Source: Promethearchaeota archaeon | GTDB taxonomy: Archaea > Asgardarchaeota > Lokiarchaeia > Sigyniarchaeales > SOKP01 | Assembly: GCA_048938855.1 (NCBI GenBank) | Contig: JBHLLT010000003.1 | Location: 64,001 to 128,000, forward strand | Direction of reading: 5' to 3' | DNA length: 64,000 nucleotides | Shown here: positions 1 to 10,019 of the stretch, piece by piece | How positions within the stretch are numbered: position 1 is the stretch's first letter | Layout: each line of letters begins with the position of its first letter | Position numbers and translations under genes: made by a program | Notes under the pieces: generated by a model | Seen by the model: only the letters and a program-made list of their open reading frames with translations | Told to the model about the DNA's origin: nothing | Databases searched by the model: none

Positions 1-67
1 GTATATCATTCAAATGCTTTAAAAAAAAGATTCTAATAGATATAACTTAAAATTTATTAAAAAAAAA

Positions 68-1726
68 TTATTTTTTTCGCTTTTTTAGTTCAGCTATTGA
101 TTTTTCTGCTAAGATTAATGCATCATCGTATTTTGATTTATATTTCTTAACCTGTGCATCTAATTCTATGATTCTGTTATTTAAATCTAACACCATTTCG
201 CTGTTATCAGTTAAAGGTGCCATTTCTTCTGAACCTTTCTCTGCCATTTCTTTTAAAAAGTTATATTTTTCTTTCCACACATTTATTTCAGTTTGTAAAT
301 CTTCGATTGTTTCATCACCAGAAATAAGAGGGATATCCTTTCCTTCTTTTACATCAGCAACTTTTTGTTTTAACCGCGATACTTCATCTTCTAATTCTTG
401 GATCCTTACTTTTAATGCTGCGATCTCATCAAGATAATCAGTTGCTTTTTTAGGTTCCAACATTTCTTCAAACATAGATTTTCCAGTTTCCAATTCATCA
501 GCAGACTTTCCGCCTAATAATCTCTCTTTTCTCTTTTGTAGTTCTTCAACCGTTTGTTTTGAAAGAAAATCTAGCGGATTAAAACTAACACCACCATGTT
601 TGGTTCTTCTTTTTCTTATTTTAACGAAAAGCGGGATCCCCTTAACTGCCTCTCCACAGATTATTGCTTCTCCTTTTTCTAACCCAGAAATATCTGATTT
701 ATTTTCGTTACTTAAATCTTCAGCACTGGAAATTGTTATTCCAATATCTCTGATGTCCGAAAGGTTATGGACAATCCAAGTCCCTGCTTGAGCTCGAATG
801 GTTGTGTCGAGTAACTGTGGTCTTTGTGTTCCAATTACTATATTTGCACCGAATTTTCTTCCTTCCTGAGCAAATAATTTAACCACATCACAAGTTTCAG
901 TTTGTTTTTTTCCAGCAAATAGATGTGCTTCATCTAAGAATAAGTAAAATGGAGGAATACTCCTCGTTGTGCTTGCATCATAAAGTTTCTTGAGTAGCTT
1001 ACCAGCTATAGCCTCTTGTACTTCTAATGCCATTCCATTTAAGTTAACTACTGTACAAAGATTAGGGGCAACAATATCTGAAGGCTTTAACGAGAATAGA
1101 TACTCAATATCAACGTCTCCCCCTCTATTTTTTTTTAAATCAGAAAATTCAATTATGCTGTCCACAAATTCACTTTCTCCTTCAGGTAAATCCTCTCCCG
1201 CGACTTTGAGAGCCCCATATTCACCATGTCTATCTAAAATAACAACTGGAATTCCCTTTTTGAGAAATTCTTCACACAAAACTCCCATTGTGTATGACTT
1301 TCCAGATCCTGACTTTCCTGTTATGAAAATTCTGCCAAAATTTTTAATTAATAAATATACCTCATAAGGGTACCCAATAAGTTTTCCCACAGAGAGTGAT
1401 TCTTCTGGCGGATTAAAGATACCCAAAATTTTTGCAATCTGTTCTTCTTTTGCCATAAAAACATCTGAACCAATATCAAATGGTTTTGTCGGCCGATCTC
1501 CGAGCACCCCTAGTTTTGCCATACGTCCCTTTTCGTCAGTCCACATTTCGGTTATATACATTACATAATATGGTTTCTTCCCTTCTTTATCTTTTTCACC
1601 ATAAACAACCAAATAGTTATTTCTTTCAACTGAAGGACCCTCAAATATAACAGTTACGGTATGTGTTGTCGTTTTTCCAGTAAGTCTACCTACAGGTTTT
1701 TCTTCTTGCGTACCTTCTTCTGTCAT
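68..1726 (-). CDS. HerA/FtsK-like (DUF87) P-loop ATPase with C-terminal coiled coil
   Basis: Walker A GKSGSGKS, ILDRHGEY, Walker B FLDEAH, GRKFG arginine-finger motif and GTQRP. The last ~130 aa are a charged heptad-like tail. Confidence 0.85.
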   Translation of the reverse strand: MTEEGTQEEKPVGRLTGKTTTHTVTVIFEGPSVERNNYLVVYGEKDKEGKKPYYVMYITEMWTDEKGRMAKLGVLGDRPTKPFDIGSDVFMAKEEQIAKILGIFNPPEESLSVGKLIGYPYEVYLLIKNFGRIFITGKSGSGKSYTMGVLCEEFLKKGIPVVILDRHGEYGALKVAGEDLPEGESEFVDSIIEFSDLKKNRGGDVDIEYLFSLKPSDIVAPNLCTVVNLNGMALEVQEAIAGKLLKKLYDASTTRSIPPFYLFLDEAHLFAGKKQTETCDVVKLFAQEGRKFGANIVIGTQRPQLLDTTIRAQAGTWIVHNLSDIRDIGITISSAEDLSNENKSDISGLEKGEAIICGEAVKGIPLFVKIRKRRTKHGGVSFNPLDFLSKQTVEELQKRKERLLGGKSADELETGKSMFEEMLEPKKATDYLDEIAALKVRIQELEDEVSRLKQKVADVKEGKDIPLISGDETIEDLQTEINVWKEKYNFLKEMAEKGSEEMAPLTDNSEMVLDLNNRIIELDAQVKKYKSKYDDALILAEKSIAELKKRKK

Positions 1727-1924
1727 TCATACCACATAAATTAATATAAGTTATAATGATCTTAGAGATTCTAAAAATATAAATCTAAGCGATATCAATT
1801 TTTATTTCTATTTTAAGTTAGAGTTCTTGCTTTTAATTTTTTCATAATTAGACATCTGAAGTAGATTATCTAAATTAAGAAAATTAATTAAAAACTTAGA
1901 AAAAAAAAATATTTAGTTTAAAGA

Positions 1925-2572
1925 CTATTTTCCCTTTTTCCAGAAATAAATTCCCTGCCCTATTAACCAAAGTATGAATAGTGCATAATATGTCCATTCA
2001 ATAAGATAAACTACCGCATTACGTGGCACCGGTGTATATTCCTGAATTATAAAGCCCCCAAAAAATAGACCTGAAAAAATTCCTGATAAAATTGCAATGA
2101 TAGCTATTAATTTAGAATATTCAGTGTTAGTATATTGTAAATATCCAAGCCAAATGAAATTAAAAGCCATAAGACCAGTGAAAATAATAACTGCTATTCT
2201 GTGAATTTCATATGCGAGAGTAATTGCTGGATTTAGAGGAAAAATTCCGACTATTATTAACCCGATTAGACCTAAAACTCCTGTAATTATATATATCAAG
2301 GTCAATTTATTATCAATACCATTTTTCTTTAAATCTCTTGTTATATACAGCATAAGAAAAATCGTGAAGATTGCTAATAAAACCATGCCTGTGGAATATG
2401 AAATTTGAGCTCCAATTGGTCCAGCCTGCAAATCGCATGAATAATTCGTAAAAATGCTAAATGAAGGATTAAACGGTAAATAAAGTATCACTGCTATTAA
2501 CAAACCTATTCCTGCACTTATTAATGCTAAAAAAGCAAAATATGCACTATTAAACTTCTCAAAAAATCCCAT
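1925..2572 (-). CDS. DUF998-like integral membrane protein
   Basis: About 6 hydrophobic helices, with FSIFTNYSCDL, GIFP and a conserved His (EIHR). Confidence 0.6.
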   Translation of the reverse strand: MGFFEKFNSAYFAFLALISAGIGLLIAVILYLPFNPSFSIFTNYSCDLQAGPIGAQISYSTGMVLLAIFTIFLMLYITRDLKKNGIDNKLTLIYIITGVLGLIGLIIVGIFPLNPAITLAYEIHRIAVIIFTGLMAFNFIWLGYLQYTNTEYSKLIAIIAILSGIFSGLFFGGFIIQEYTPVPRNAVVYLIEWTYYALFILWLIGQGIYFWKKGK

Positions 2573-2640
2573 AATTCTTTTTACCTCTTTTTATTTTAAT
2601 TTACCATTGGATTTCTTTATTTGATTTTTGTTATATCTCC

Positions 2641-2846
2641 CGAATCGATTCGTTAGATTTAAGTACATTTTATTAAAATCAATATGTGCCCAAAAATTAC
2701 GAACTCTCCATTATTCGGTATTATTAATAAATTAGATTAAATTCATATTTAAATATTTCGATATTATTCGAATAATGAAAGGCAAGATCTTTAAAAAACT
2801 CTTAATAAACATATAATAAATACATGGATCTATACGAATCGATACG
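2641..2846. promoter_or_regulatory. Three copies of a CGA-N6-(T/A)CG pseudo-palindrome; candidate operator sites
   Basis: CGAATCGATTCG (2641-2652), CGATATTATTCG (2759-2770) and CGAATCGATACG (2835-2846) lie in the divergent promoter region next to a wHTH regulator gene. Confidence 0.45.
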
Positions 2847-3029
2847 ATATAACCCAATAAGATAATCTAAAAGTAATAAATTCATTAATATGATCGATTC
2901 CTTACTATTCGTATTATAAATAATACTTATAAACTTGAATTGATTCTATTTAAACAAATAAAGAGAAAAAACAAAGTGGAGTAATTAAAATAAATATATT
3001 TATTATCCTTCATTAAATTGTCTTAAAAG

Positions 3030-3731
3030 GTGGATATTATCGAAGAAAATCAAGTAAAAACAACAATTGATATTTCAACTTTTACAGGAATACCATATAG
3101 AATATGGGGTTTATTAAAAGTATATCCTGAATTAAGTTTTAGTGAATTAGCGAATAAACTAGGAAAGTCAAAATCTACAATACATCCTCATTTGCAAAAA
3201 TTAATCGAGCTTGGGATTGTTGAAATTTCTAAAAAAGAGCATATTAGAGCCAATATTGAGGCCCATTATTATTCCCTAACTCCTGATTCTGATGAAATAA
3301 CCTCAGTACTCGGTTGTGATCTTTCACATGGACTTGATAAGGAACTTGTTAAAATGATGGCTAAATCACTTAAATCTCTAGTATTGAATAATAAAAAGAT
3401 TTTGGATAAATATATCAAATTCTTTGAATATATAGAAGAAACTGGTTCTGATGAAATAATAAAAATTTGGAAAGAAACTTATAAAACTAAAGATTTTACA
3501 GAAGGCGATATTCCTCAATTTTTTATGGGTGAGTTCTTTCTAACTGAGGACCAATGGATGAGATGGCAAAAACAATTTGTTAAATTTTCTATAGATTTTC
3601 AGGAACAGGTTACCAATGAACAAAAGGAAAACCCTAATCAAGAAAAATATATTTATTGGTTTCACATGGGCATACCAGTTAAAATTCTCTTTGAAGAATT
3701 GGATTTAGAAAAGTTTACAGATAAAAAATAA
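3030..3731 (+). CDS. ArsR/winged-helix transcriptional regulator
   Basis: N-terminal HTH LSFSELANKLGKSKSTIHPHLQKLIELGIV, followed by a YYSLT wing. Confidence 0.8.
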   Translation: MDIIEENQVKTTIDISTFTGIPYRIWGLLKVYPELSFSELANKLGKSKSTIHPHLQKLIELGIVEISKKEHIRANIEAHYYSLTPDSDEITSVLGCDLSHGLDKELVKMMAKSLKSLVLNNKKILDKYIKFFEYIEETGSDEIIKIWKETYKTKDFTEGDIPQFFMGEFFLTEDQWMRWQKQFVKFSIDFQEQVTNEQKENPNQEKYIYWFHMGIPVKILFEELDLEKFTDKK

Positions 3732-3777
3732 AAACATATTTTTTTTATTTCAACCAAAAAATTTAATTTTTTATACT

Positions 3778-4707
3778 TTACACTTTTTTGTAGATTATAC
3801 TCTTCTTATTCATTTTGATTGGCTTATACGATTCTTTCGCTCTTCTTAAACCTTCTATCCCTAAATCTTGTTCTCTATTGACATAAACAGCATTTAGACA
3901 ACAATCCCTTAAGAAAAAATTATTGATTGCTTGATAAGCACCTTCATACTCTAGGTGGGCTTTCTCAATATGAATCACTAAAGTTTTGTCATTCAACATT
4001 TCTCCAAAAGTGTAAGCAGCACATTTATCATCCACGCATAATATACCACCATTAAAACCAAGATTGTCAAAATTATTCAATGCTTCATATATAGCTTCTT
4101 GCTCTGCTTCCAAACTCTCATCCTCAGTACAAGCTCTTATAATGCACCACTCTAATTGGAGCTCTTTACATTTTTCAATGAGGCTACCTGTTAATAACTC
4201 GAATTTATAATTATAATTATCTAAAAATTTATGTAGCCATCTTCTATTTTGTCTGTATTTATTTCCTGCTAAAGTAAGAATTTCTTCTCTGCTATGCATA
4301 TAGTCCCAATTATTCCGATCTTCAAGGCATTCCAAATTTAATTCTGTAAATTGCGTATTTTTTTTTAAATTTTCACAGATATCTTCTGGAACCCTATGAA
4401 CTTCAATATTTCCAAGATTTTCAAATAATTCAATAATAATTTTGTCAGGAGTAGGTCCAATTGGAGGAAAAAAGTAAATATAATCTCGAGAGTCGGTATT
4501 AATTGGTTTTTTTCTATTTTTCAGATAATCATAAGAAAACAAGACTAAATGCTTGTTAAATTCCATAAATAAGAAATTATAATAATTCCTCCACATGAAG
4601 AGGTTTGTAAAAGTAAATTCAGAAATTTCTGGAGGATATTTTTGAAAATATTCATCAAAAAGACTCTTATGAATTATTTCAATTGGTTTTCCCGTGCTTA
4701 GATCCAT
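3778..4707 (-). CDS. DUF2156 / phosphatidylglycerol lysyltransferase C-terminal-like protein
   Basis: SEFTFTNLFMW, IHIEKA and VNREQDLGIEGLRRAKESYKP motifs. Confidence 0.85.
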   Translation of the reverse strand: MDLSTGKPIEIIHKSLFDEYFQKYPPEISEFTFTNLFMWRNYYNFLFMEFNKHLVLFSYDYLKNRKKPINTDSRDYIYFFPPIGPTPDKIIIELFENLGNIEVHRVPEDICENLKKNTQFTELNLECLEDRNNWDYMHSREEILTLAGNKYRQNRRWLHKFLDNYNYKFELLTGSLIEKCKELQLEWCIIRACTEDESLEAEQEAIYEALNNFDNLGFNGGILCVDDKCAAYTFGEMLNDKTLVIHIEKAHLEYEGAYQAINNFFLRDCCLNAVYVNREQDLGIEGLRRAKESYKPIKMNKKSIIYKKV

Positions 4708-4820
4708 GGATTATTTTTATTTAAAGAGCTTTAAAAGGATTATTCTTTTAATCCATTTATCTATTTTCCAAGTAGGATTAAAAACCACATTTTAAAAATA
4801 ATAAATTAAGTATACATTAT

Positions 4821-5201
4821 ATGGATGATATAAAAAATATCGTTGATGATATAGGAATCGCAGCTCTAGAAGCTAGTATCAATCTAGCTGCTGTAGCAAT
4901 TATAGCTGATTCTGGTAAATTAATTATTCAGACGGAGAATTGGGATCTTACTAATCAAACAAACATTATATTAAATGCTAAGAAGGGTGATACCTCATTT
5001 ACTTTAAACAAGGTAGAATATTCTGCTGTTGATAGATCATCTCAAGGTATTATTGGAACAAACCCAAATGGACTGGGACATATTTTAATTGTTCCTTTTG
5101 AAGGAGGAATGCTTGTATCATATGCCATGCCTCAAGCAGATACTTCTAAAGCATTAAATTTTCTTAAAACTTATACCCCAATGTTAAATGGAAAGATATA
5201 A
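4821..5201 (+). CDS. Asgard (Loki-type) profilin, actin-binding eukaryotic signature protein
   Basis: 126 aa. The segments VAIIADSGKLIIQTENWD and IIGTNPNGLGHILIVP match the pattern I recall for characterised Loki profilins. Confidence 0.8.
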   Translation: MDDIKNIVDDIGIAALEASINLAAVAIIADSGKLIIQTENWDLTNQTNIILNAKKGDTSFTLNKVEYSAVDRSSQGIIGTNPNGLGHILIVPFEGGMLVSYAMPQADTSKALNFLKTYTPMLNGKI

Positions 5202-5216
5202 TTGTGAGACTATAAA

Positions 5217-5771
5217 ATGAAAATTAATGGATTAAAATTACATAGGAAACTCTCTTGGCTAGTTGCAATTTTTTCTTTATTTATGATTATATTTATTTCA
5301 TTACACGGTTTTCTTGAAGTTTTCAGTTTTTATCCCTTTCTTCATTTAGGTACTGAATGGATTCTAATAGGTCTATTAATATTGCATTGCATTCTTGCAC
5401 AAAAATATATGAAACTTTGGTTCCGTCGTATCTTTAAAGGATTAAAAAATGAGAGAGCTCGTCCTATATATATTTTTAGATTGATACAGCTAATTACAAA
5501 TAGAATAATTATTATTTTAGCTGCACTCGTCTTAATATCTGGTTTAGGCTACTACGATTGGTATGCAAATACTATAGGAACAGTTATACCATTCAGTGTG
5601 CATATATATTACGATTTTTTCTTGATAATGTGCATTATAATCCATATTGGGGTTGGATTTAAATTTATATTCATGAGAAGAAAGATTAGCCAAAAAACTA
5701 CTTATATATTTATAATTTTATTTATTTCTATTCTATTAGCTATGGAAATTCTTTTAAATTTGTTATCTTAA
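5217..5771 (+). CDS. Membrane protein with duplicated His-containing cytochrome b-like (DUF4405-like) repeats
   Basis: 5-6 TM segments and two H-x13-H helices (HLGTEW...LHC and HIYYDF...IHI). Confidence 0.5.
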   Translation: MKINGLKLHRKLSWLVAIFSLFMIIFISLHGFLEVFSFYPFLHLGTEWILIGLLILHCILAQKYMKLWFRRIFKGLKNERARPIYIFRLIQLITNRIIIILAALVLISGLGYYDWYANTIGTVIPFSVHIYYDFFLIMCIIIHIGVGFKFIFMRRKISQKTTYIFIILFISILLAMEILLNLLS

Positions 5772-5800
5772 AAAAATAAAAAAAGTATTAAATAAATTAT

Positions 5801-6808
5801 TTATAATCTCTTAATAATCAATTCAGCCATTCGATTAGAAAAACCCCATTCATTATCATACCAGCTCAATACAAAAACCTCATCCTCAACAACCTTGGTC
5901 CAAAGACTGTTGAACACTGAGCTATGGGAATTGCCAATAATATCACTACTTACAATGGGGTCCTCAACATATTCCAAAATGCCCTTTAAACTATTATTTG
6001 AGGCTTCTTGCATTTTCGAATTAATATCTTCAGCAGTACATCTATTTTCTACAATAGCTTTTAAATCTACCACACTACCATCAATTGTTGGTACTCTTAC
6101 AGCAATACCATCTAGTTTTCCTTTTAGCTCAGGAAAAACTAAACCAATTGCTCTAGCTGCACCTGTTGATGTAGGGATCATATTTTGCGCGGCAGATCTT
6201 CCGCGAATCATTTTATCTGGAGAACCTGCTCTTGCGATATCTGCTGTGGTTTGATCGTTTGTATAAGAGTGGATCGTTGTCATAAGGCCATATTTGATTT
6301 TAAAATTTTCATTCAAGACTTTAACTATTGGAGCTAAACAATTGGTAGTACAAGATGCATTTGAGATGATTTTATGTTCATTAGTAATTTTATCATCATT
6401 ACATCCGAGAACTACAGTAATATCTGGATCTGTAGCTGGCGCACTTATTAAAACTCTTTTGGCTCCCCCGGTTAAATGCTTACTAGATCCTTCTCTATTT
6501 ACAAATCGACCAGTAGATTCAACAGCAACATCAATGTTGTTACTTGCATGTGGTAAATTCGCAGGATCTCTCTCCGCAGTGATAGGAATATTTTTGCCAT
6601 CAATTATTAGTGAATTGTCAGTAGATTCTACCTTTCCCTTGAATTTGCCGAAGACTGTATCATATTTTAAAGCATAAGCCAAATATTTTGGCTCAAAAAG
6701 ATCGTTAATTGAAACAACATCTATATCATTCCAGTAATTATCGTATACCGCTCTAAAAAACAATCGACCAATTCGTCCAAAACCATTAATTGCGACTCTT
6801 TTTGCCAT
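5801..6808 (-). CDS. gap: Type I glyceraldehyde-3-phosphate dehydrogenase
   Basis: INGFGRIGR, catalytic SNASCTTNCLAP, RVPT and WYDNEWGFS. Start placed at the ATG of MAKRVAING. Confidence 0.95.
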   Translation of the reverse strand: MAKRVAINGFGRIGRLFFRAVYDNYWNDIDVVSINDLFEPKYLAYALKYDTVFGKFKGKVESTDNSLIIDGKNIPITAERDPANLPHASNNIDVAVESTGRFVNREGSSKHLTGGAKRVLISAPATDPDITVVLGCNDDKITNEHKIISNASCTTNCLAPIVKVLNENFKIKYGLMTTIHSYTNDQTTADIARAGSPDKMIRGRSAAQNMIPTSTGAARAIGLVFPELKGKLDGIAVRVPTIDGSVVDLKAIVENRCTAEDINSKMQEASNNSLKGILEYVEDPIVSSDIIGNSHSSVFNSLWTKVVEDEVFVLSWYDNEWGFSNRMAELIIKRL

Positions 6809-6936
6809 CTTTATCACACTTTTTATTTTTAGTTAGAAATGACAATCTAAATATGTGTTAGATAGTTTTTTAATTTTATAGTTTTATATTTTTTAACATT
6901 CAAGATTATAATATAAGTAATTTTAAGGGGATAAAA

Positions 6937-8157
6937 TTGGGAAGTTTGGAAGAGAAAATTCTAAAAAAAATTGATGAAATGAGAGATGAAATTATTAAAT
7001 ATCATCAACTGAGTGTTCAAATTCCTTCTGAAAATCCGCCTTCTAAGTATAAGGAAATCATGAGATTTACAGAAAGAAAATTGAAGGAAATTGGCTTAAA
7101 AACGCAAATAAAAAGAAAAAATGTAATTGGTGAATGGGGGAATGATAACGGCAAGACTTTAATTTTTAATGCTCATTATGACACCGTTCAAGCATTTAAA
7201 GGTTGGACAAAAGATCCTTTTGGTGGTGAGAGAATAGATGATAAAATTTATGGGCGTGGTTCCTGTGATGATAAATCTTGTGTAACAGCGGAGATATTTG
7301 CTGTTAAAGCATTAATAGAAGCAGAAATTGAACCTAATGGAAAATTAATAATAACAGCAGTAGGTGATGAAGAATTGGGGGGTTTAAGGGGAATAGAAGC
7401 TTTATTGAGCAGTGGATTAGTAAAGGGTGATGCTTGCTTATTAGGTGATGCACCAGCAGATTATCCTTTTGGATATACAGGGGGCACAACATATATGACC
7501 ATAACTATATCTGGAAAACAAGGTCATGGTCTGGGGGCCCCTGATTTACCAGAACCATACCGAAATGAATTTTCTGGAATCAACACTATTACAAGAATGG
7601 TAAAAATTATGAATTTCTTAATCAATCTAAATAAAGAATTTATGGAGAAAGAAACTAAATTCGCATTGCCAGAGGGGGCTACTACCAGGGTTAGTCATAT
7701 TAATCTTGCAGAAATTCATGGTGGCAATAAAATTACTACCGTACCTGACAAATGTTATCTCCACTGTAGTATAAATACTATTCCAGAACAGGATGTAGCA
7801 AGTATTAAGCAGCATATTTTAGATTATGTAGAAGAATTAAAACGGGAAGATGCTTATTTAGATATAACTGTTCAAACTCCAATTTTAATGGAACCTTTTG
7901 TAATTGACGGAAAATCTGATTTTGCTAAAGCTGTCCAAGAATCTTTCCAAGCAATTTATAATGAAAAGAAAGAATTTAAATTGGTTATGCCTTCTACGGA
8001 TGCTCATTGGTTTCAGGAACGAGGAATAGAAACTATTTTAATTGGTACAGGCCGTAATGATACTAATACCCACGATGCTGATGAATTTGTTTACATCGAA
8101 GACTTAATTAATACAACCAAAATCTATGCTTTGACGGCTTTGCATTATTTAAAATAA
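6937..8157 (+). CDS. M20 family ArgE/DapE-like metallopeptidase/deacylase
   Basis: Metal-binding motifs NAHYDTV, GRGSCDDK, GDEELGG and HDADE. Confidence 0.9.
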   Translation: MGSLEEKILKKIDEMRDEIIKYHQLSVQIPSENPPSKYKEIMRFTERKLKEIGLKTQIKRKNVIGEWGNDNGKTLIFNAHYDTVQAFKGWTKDPFGGERIDDKIYGRGSCDDKSCVTAEIFAVKALIEAEIEPNGKLIITAVGDEELGGLRGIEALLSSGLVKGDACLLGDAPADYPFGYTGGTTYMTITISGKQGHGLGAPDLPEPYRNEFSGINTITRMVKIMNFLINLNKEFMEKETKFALPEGATTRVSHINLAEIHGGNKITTVPDKCYLHCSINTIPEQDVASIKQHILDYVEELKREDAYLDITVQTPILMEPFVIDGKSDFAKAVQESFQAIYNEKKEFKLVMPSTDAHWFQERGIETILIGTGRNDTNTHDADEFVYIEDLINTTKIYALTALHYLK

Positions 8158-8380
8158 TAAAAATTGTTAAATAGAATCCAAATATTTCATTAAAAATCAA
8201 TATGATATTAACTTATTTTTTAAATGTTTTATGAAGTTGTATTTCTAATGGAGAAAAAATTTTACCTTTGTCTTCAGTCTTTCATGATAATACCATTGAA
8301 GAATTTAAATAATAAGATTTTCTTGTCAATAGTTGTAAGAGTAAAAATACCAAATCCAAATCTTTTTTTATAGTGAAAAG

Positions 8381-8920
8381 ATGTCAAGTTATAAATTAAA
8401 AGTATTACTCACAGATGCTGAAACAGTATGCAACCCAAGTTTAACTCAGGAATTGATTGAATTAATTGGTGTTAAAAATAGGTTTCAAGCAAACTATAAA
8501 TTAACTGTTGGAGTTGATATTTTAACTAAAGATGTTGAATTTCAACAGGGAGAAATTGCAACTTTAAGTATCTGGGATATAGGAGGGCAACAGAGATTTG
8601 AAATTATACGTAATACGTTTTACAAAGGTGCGGCTGGAGCATTATTCGTTTTTGATTTATGTCAAAAAGCGACATTTATTAAAATAAAAGAATGGTTTGC
8701 TGAAATTAAAAAGTTTGCGGGTTCTATTCCTTTTGTATTAATCGGAAAAAATATTCATTTAAATAAATTGGCAGAAAAAACAATCAACCGAAAAATGGCT
8801 CGAGAATTTGCTAGAAATGAAGGAGGGCTTTATATTGAACCTTCTCCAACCGATATTGATATAATAGAAGAGACAGTTCGTAATTTTATTTGTAGAATTA
8901 TAAATTCAAGAAGTTTATAA
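8381..8920 (+). CDS. Rab-like small GTPase homolog with degenerate G1/G4/G5 (probable pseudo-GTPase)
   Basis: YKLTVGVD and IWDIGGQQRF are intact. The P-loop reads DAETVCNPS, G4 reads GKNIHL and G5 reads EPSPT. Confidence 0.8.
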   Translation: MSSYKLKVLLTDAETVCNPSLTQELIELIGVKNRFQANYKLTVGVDILTKDVEFQQGEIATLSIWDIGGQQRFEIIRNTFYKGAAGALFVFDLCQKATFIKIKEWFAEIKKFAGSIPFVLIGKNIHLNKLAEKTINRKMAREFARNEGGLYIEPSPTDIDIIEETVRNFICRIINSRSL

Positions 8921-8948
8921 ATAGCGTTCGGAATTTTTATAATTTCGT

Positions 8949-10010
8949 TTAATAATAACCTAGTTTCTCTACTAAAGCCTTAGCTATTCCTAGATTTCTA
9001 CTAACCATTTCTATTGGTAACCAGGGCCATTCGCATCCCGATGAAAATTGATAATAACCTCCAGGTTTCCCATCCTCGATTGTTTTGGTTATTTCCTTAA
9101 TTACTCTTGAGATAGAATAATTTTCACTTCCAAGTATTTGGGTATTAGTATTTCCTCTAATACAATTCCTGTTTCCAATCTTTTTTTTTGCTTTTTTCAA
9201 GTCAACTTGATAATCTAAATCAATAATAGCTGCATTTGTACTTGATATTAATTGAAGCATGTCTCGTCCTTTGGAATCGACAATTGAATTATCTCCACAT
9301 ACATGATATAATATAGGTACTTTTCTCTGAATATCATCAAATAAACTTCGAGTAGCGTCAAAACAACATTTTTCATATCTCATTGGCCCTATTTGGGATA
9401 TTGCCGAATCTCCTGCACCAATAATGTGAGCTCCTGCCTCTATTTGTAATTTAGCAAATTCCTTCTGTACTGGAATTATTCTATTAATTAATTTCTTAAT
9501 TTTTTCTATCCAATCAGGATATTTACACAATATTAACACATTGATTAATCCAAATAAACAACAAATTTCCGCAAAAGGGGCTTCAATCCATCCAATTATA
9601 CATGTTTTATCCACCATTTCTTTAGATAATAATCTGACGGCATTAATTCGATTAACGATTCTAGCGTGCTCTAAAAGTTCTGGTGTTTCTATCGAATCAA
9701 AATCTTCAATTTTTAAATATTGTTTAGCTACTGGTGTATGACTTTCCCAGTTGATTTCAACACCCCATGCATTTGCCTCTCGATATGCATCTGTTGAGAC
9801 ATTTACATGATCTATTCCAAAAAATTCAGCACATTTTATTTGACCTTTAGCTAATACTTCTGGTTTTTTACAATAATCATGATTATAATTAACATTTATC
9901 AATGAAGCTGCTAAATGCATAATAAAAGGATTGAAAGGGATTTTTTCAGGAATTCCTTTAATTGCAGATAGGGTTAATTCTAATGAATTCATGTTTATAT
10001 TAATAATCAT
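8949..10010 (-). CDS. URO-D superfamily, MtaA/MtbA-like methylcobamide:thiol methyltransferase
   Basis: Zn-site HVCG plus SSGCE; also EAPF and QIEAGA. Confidence 0.75.
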   Translation of the reverse strand: MIININMNSLELTLSAIKGIPEKIPFNPFIMHLAASLINVNYNHDYCKKPEVLAKGQIKCAEFFGIDHVNVSTDAYREANAWGVEINWESHTPVAKQYLKIEDFDSIETPELLEHARIVNRINAVRLLSKEMVDKTCIIGWIEAPFAEICCLFGLINVLILCKYPDWIEKIKKLINRIIPVQKEFAKLQIEAGAHIIGAGDSAISQIGPMRYEKCCFDATRSLFDDIQRKVPILYHVCGDNSIVDSKGRDMLQLISSTNAAIIDLDYQVDLKKAKKKIGNRNCIRGNTNTQILGSENYSISRVIKEITKTIEDGKPGGYYQFSSGCEWPWLPIEMVSRNLGIAKALVEKLGYY

Positions 10011-10019
10011 TTGATTTGC

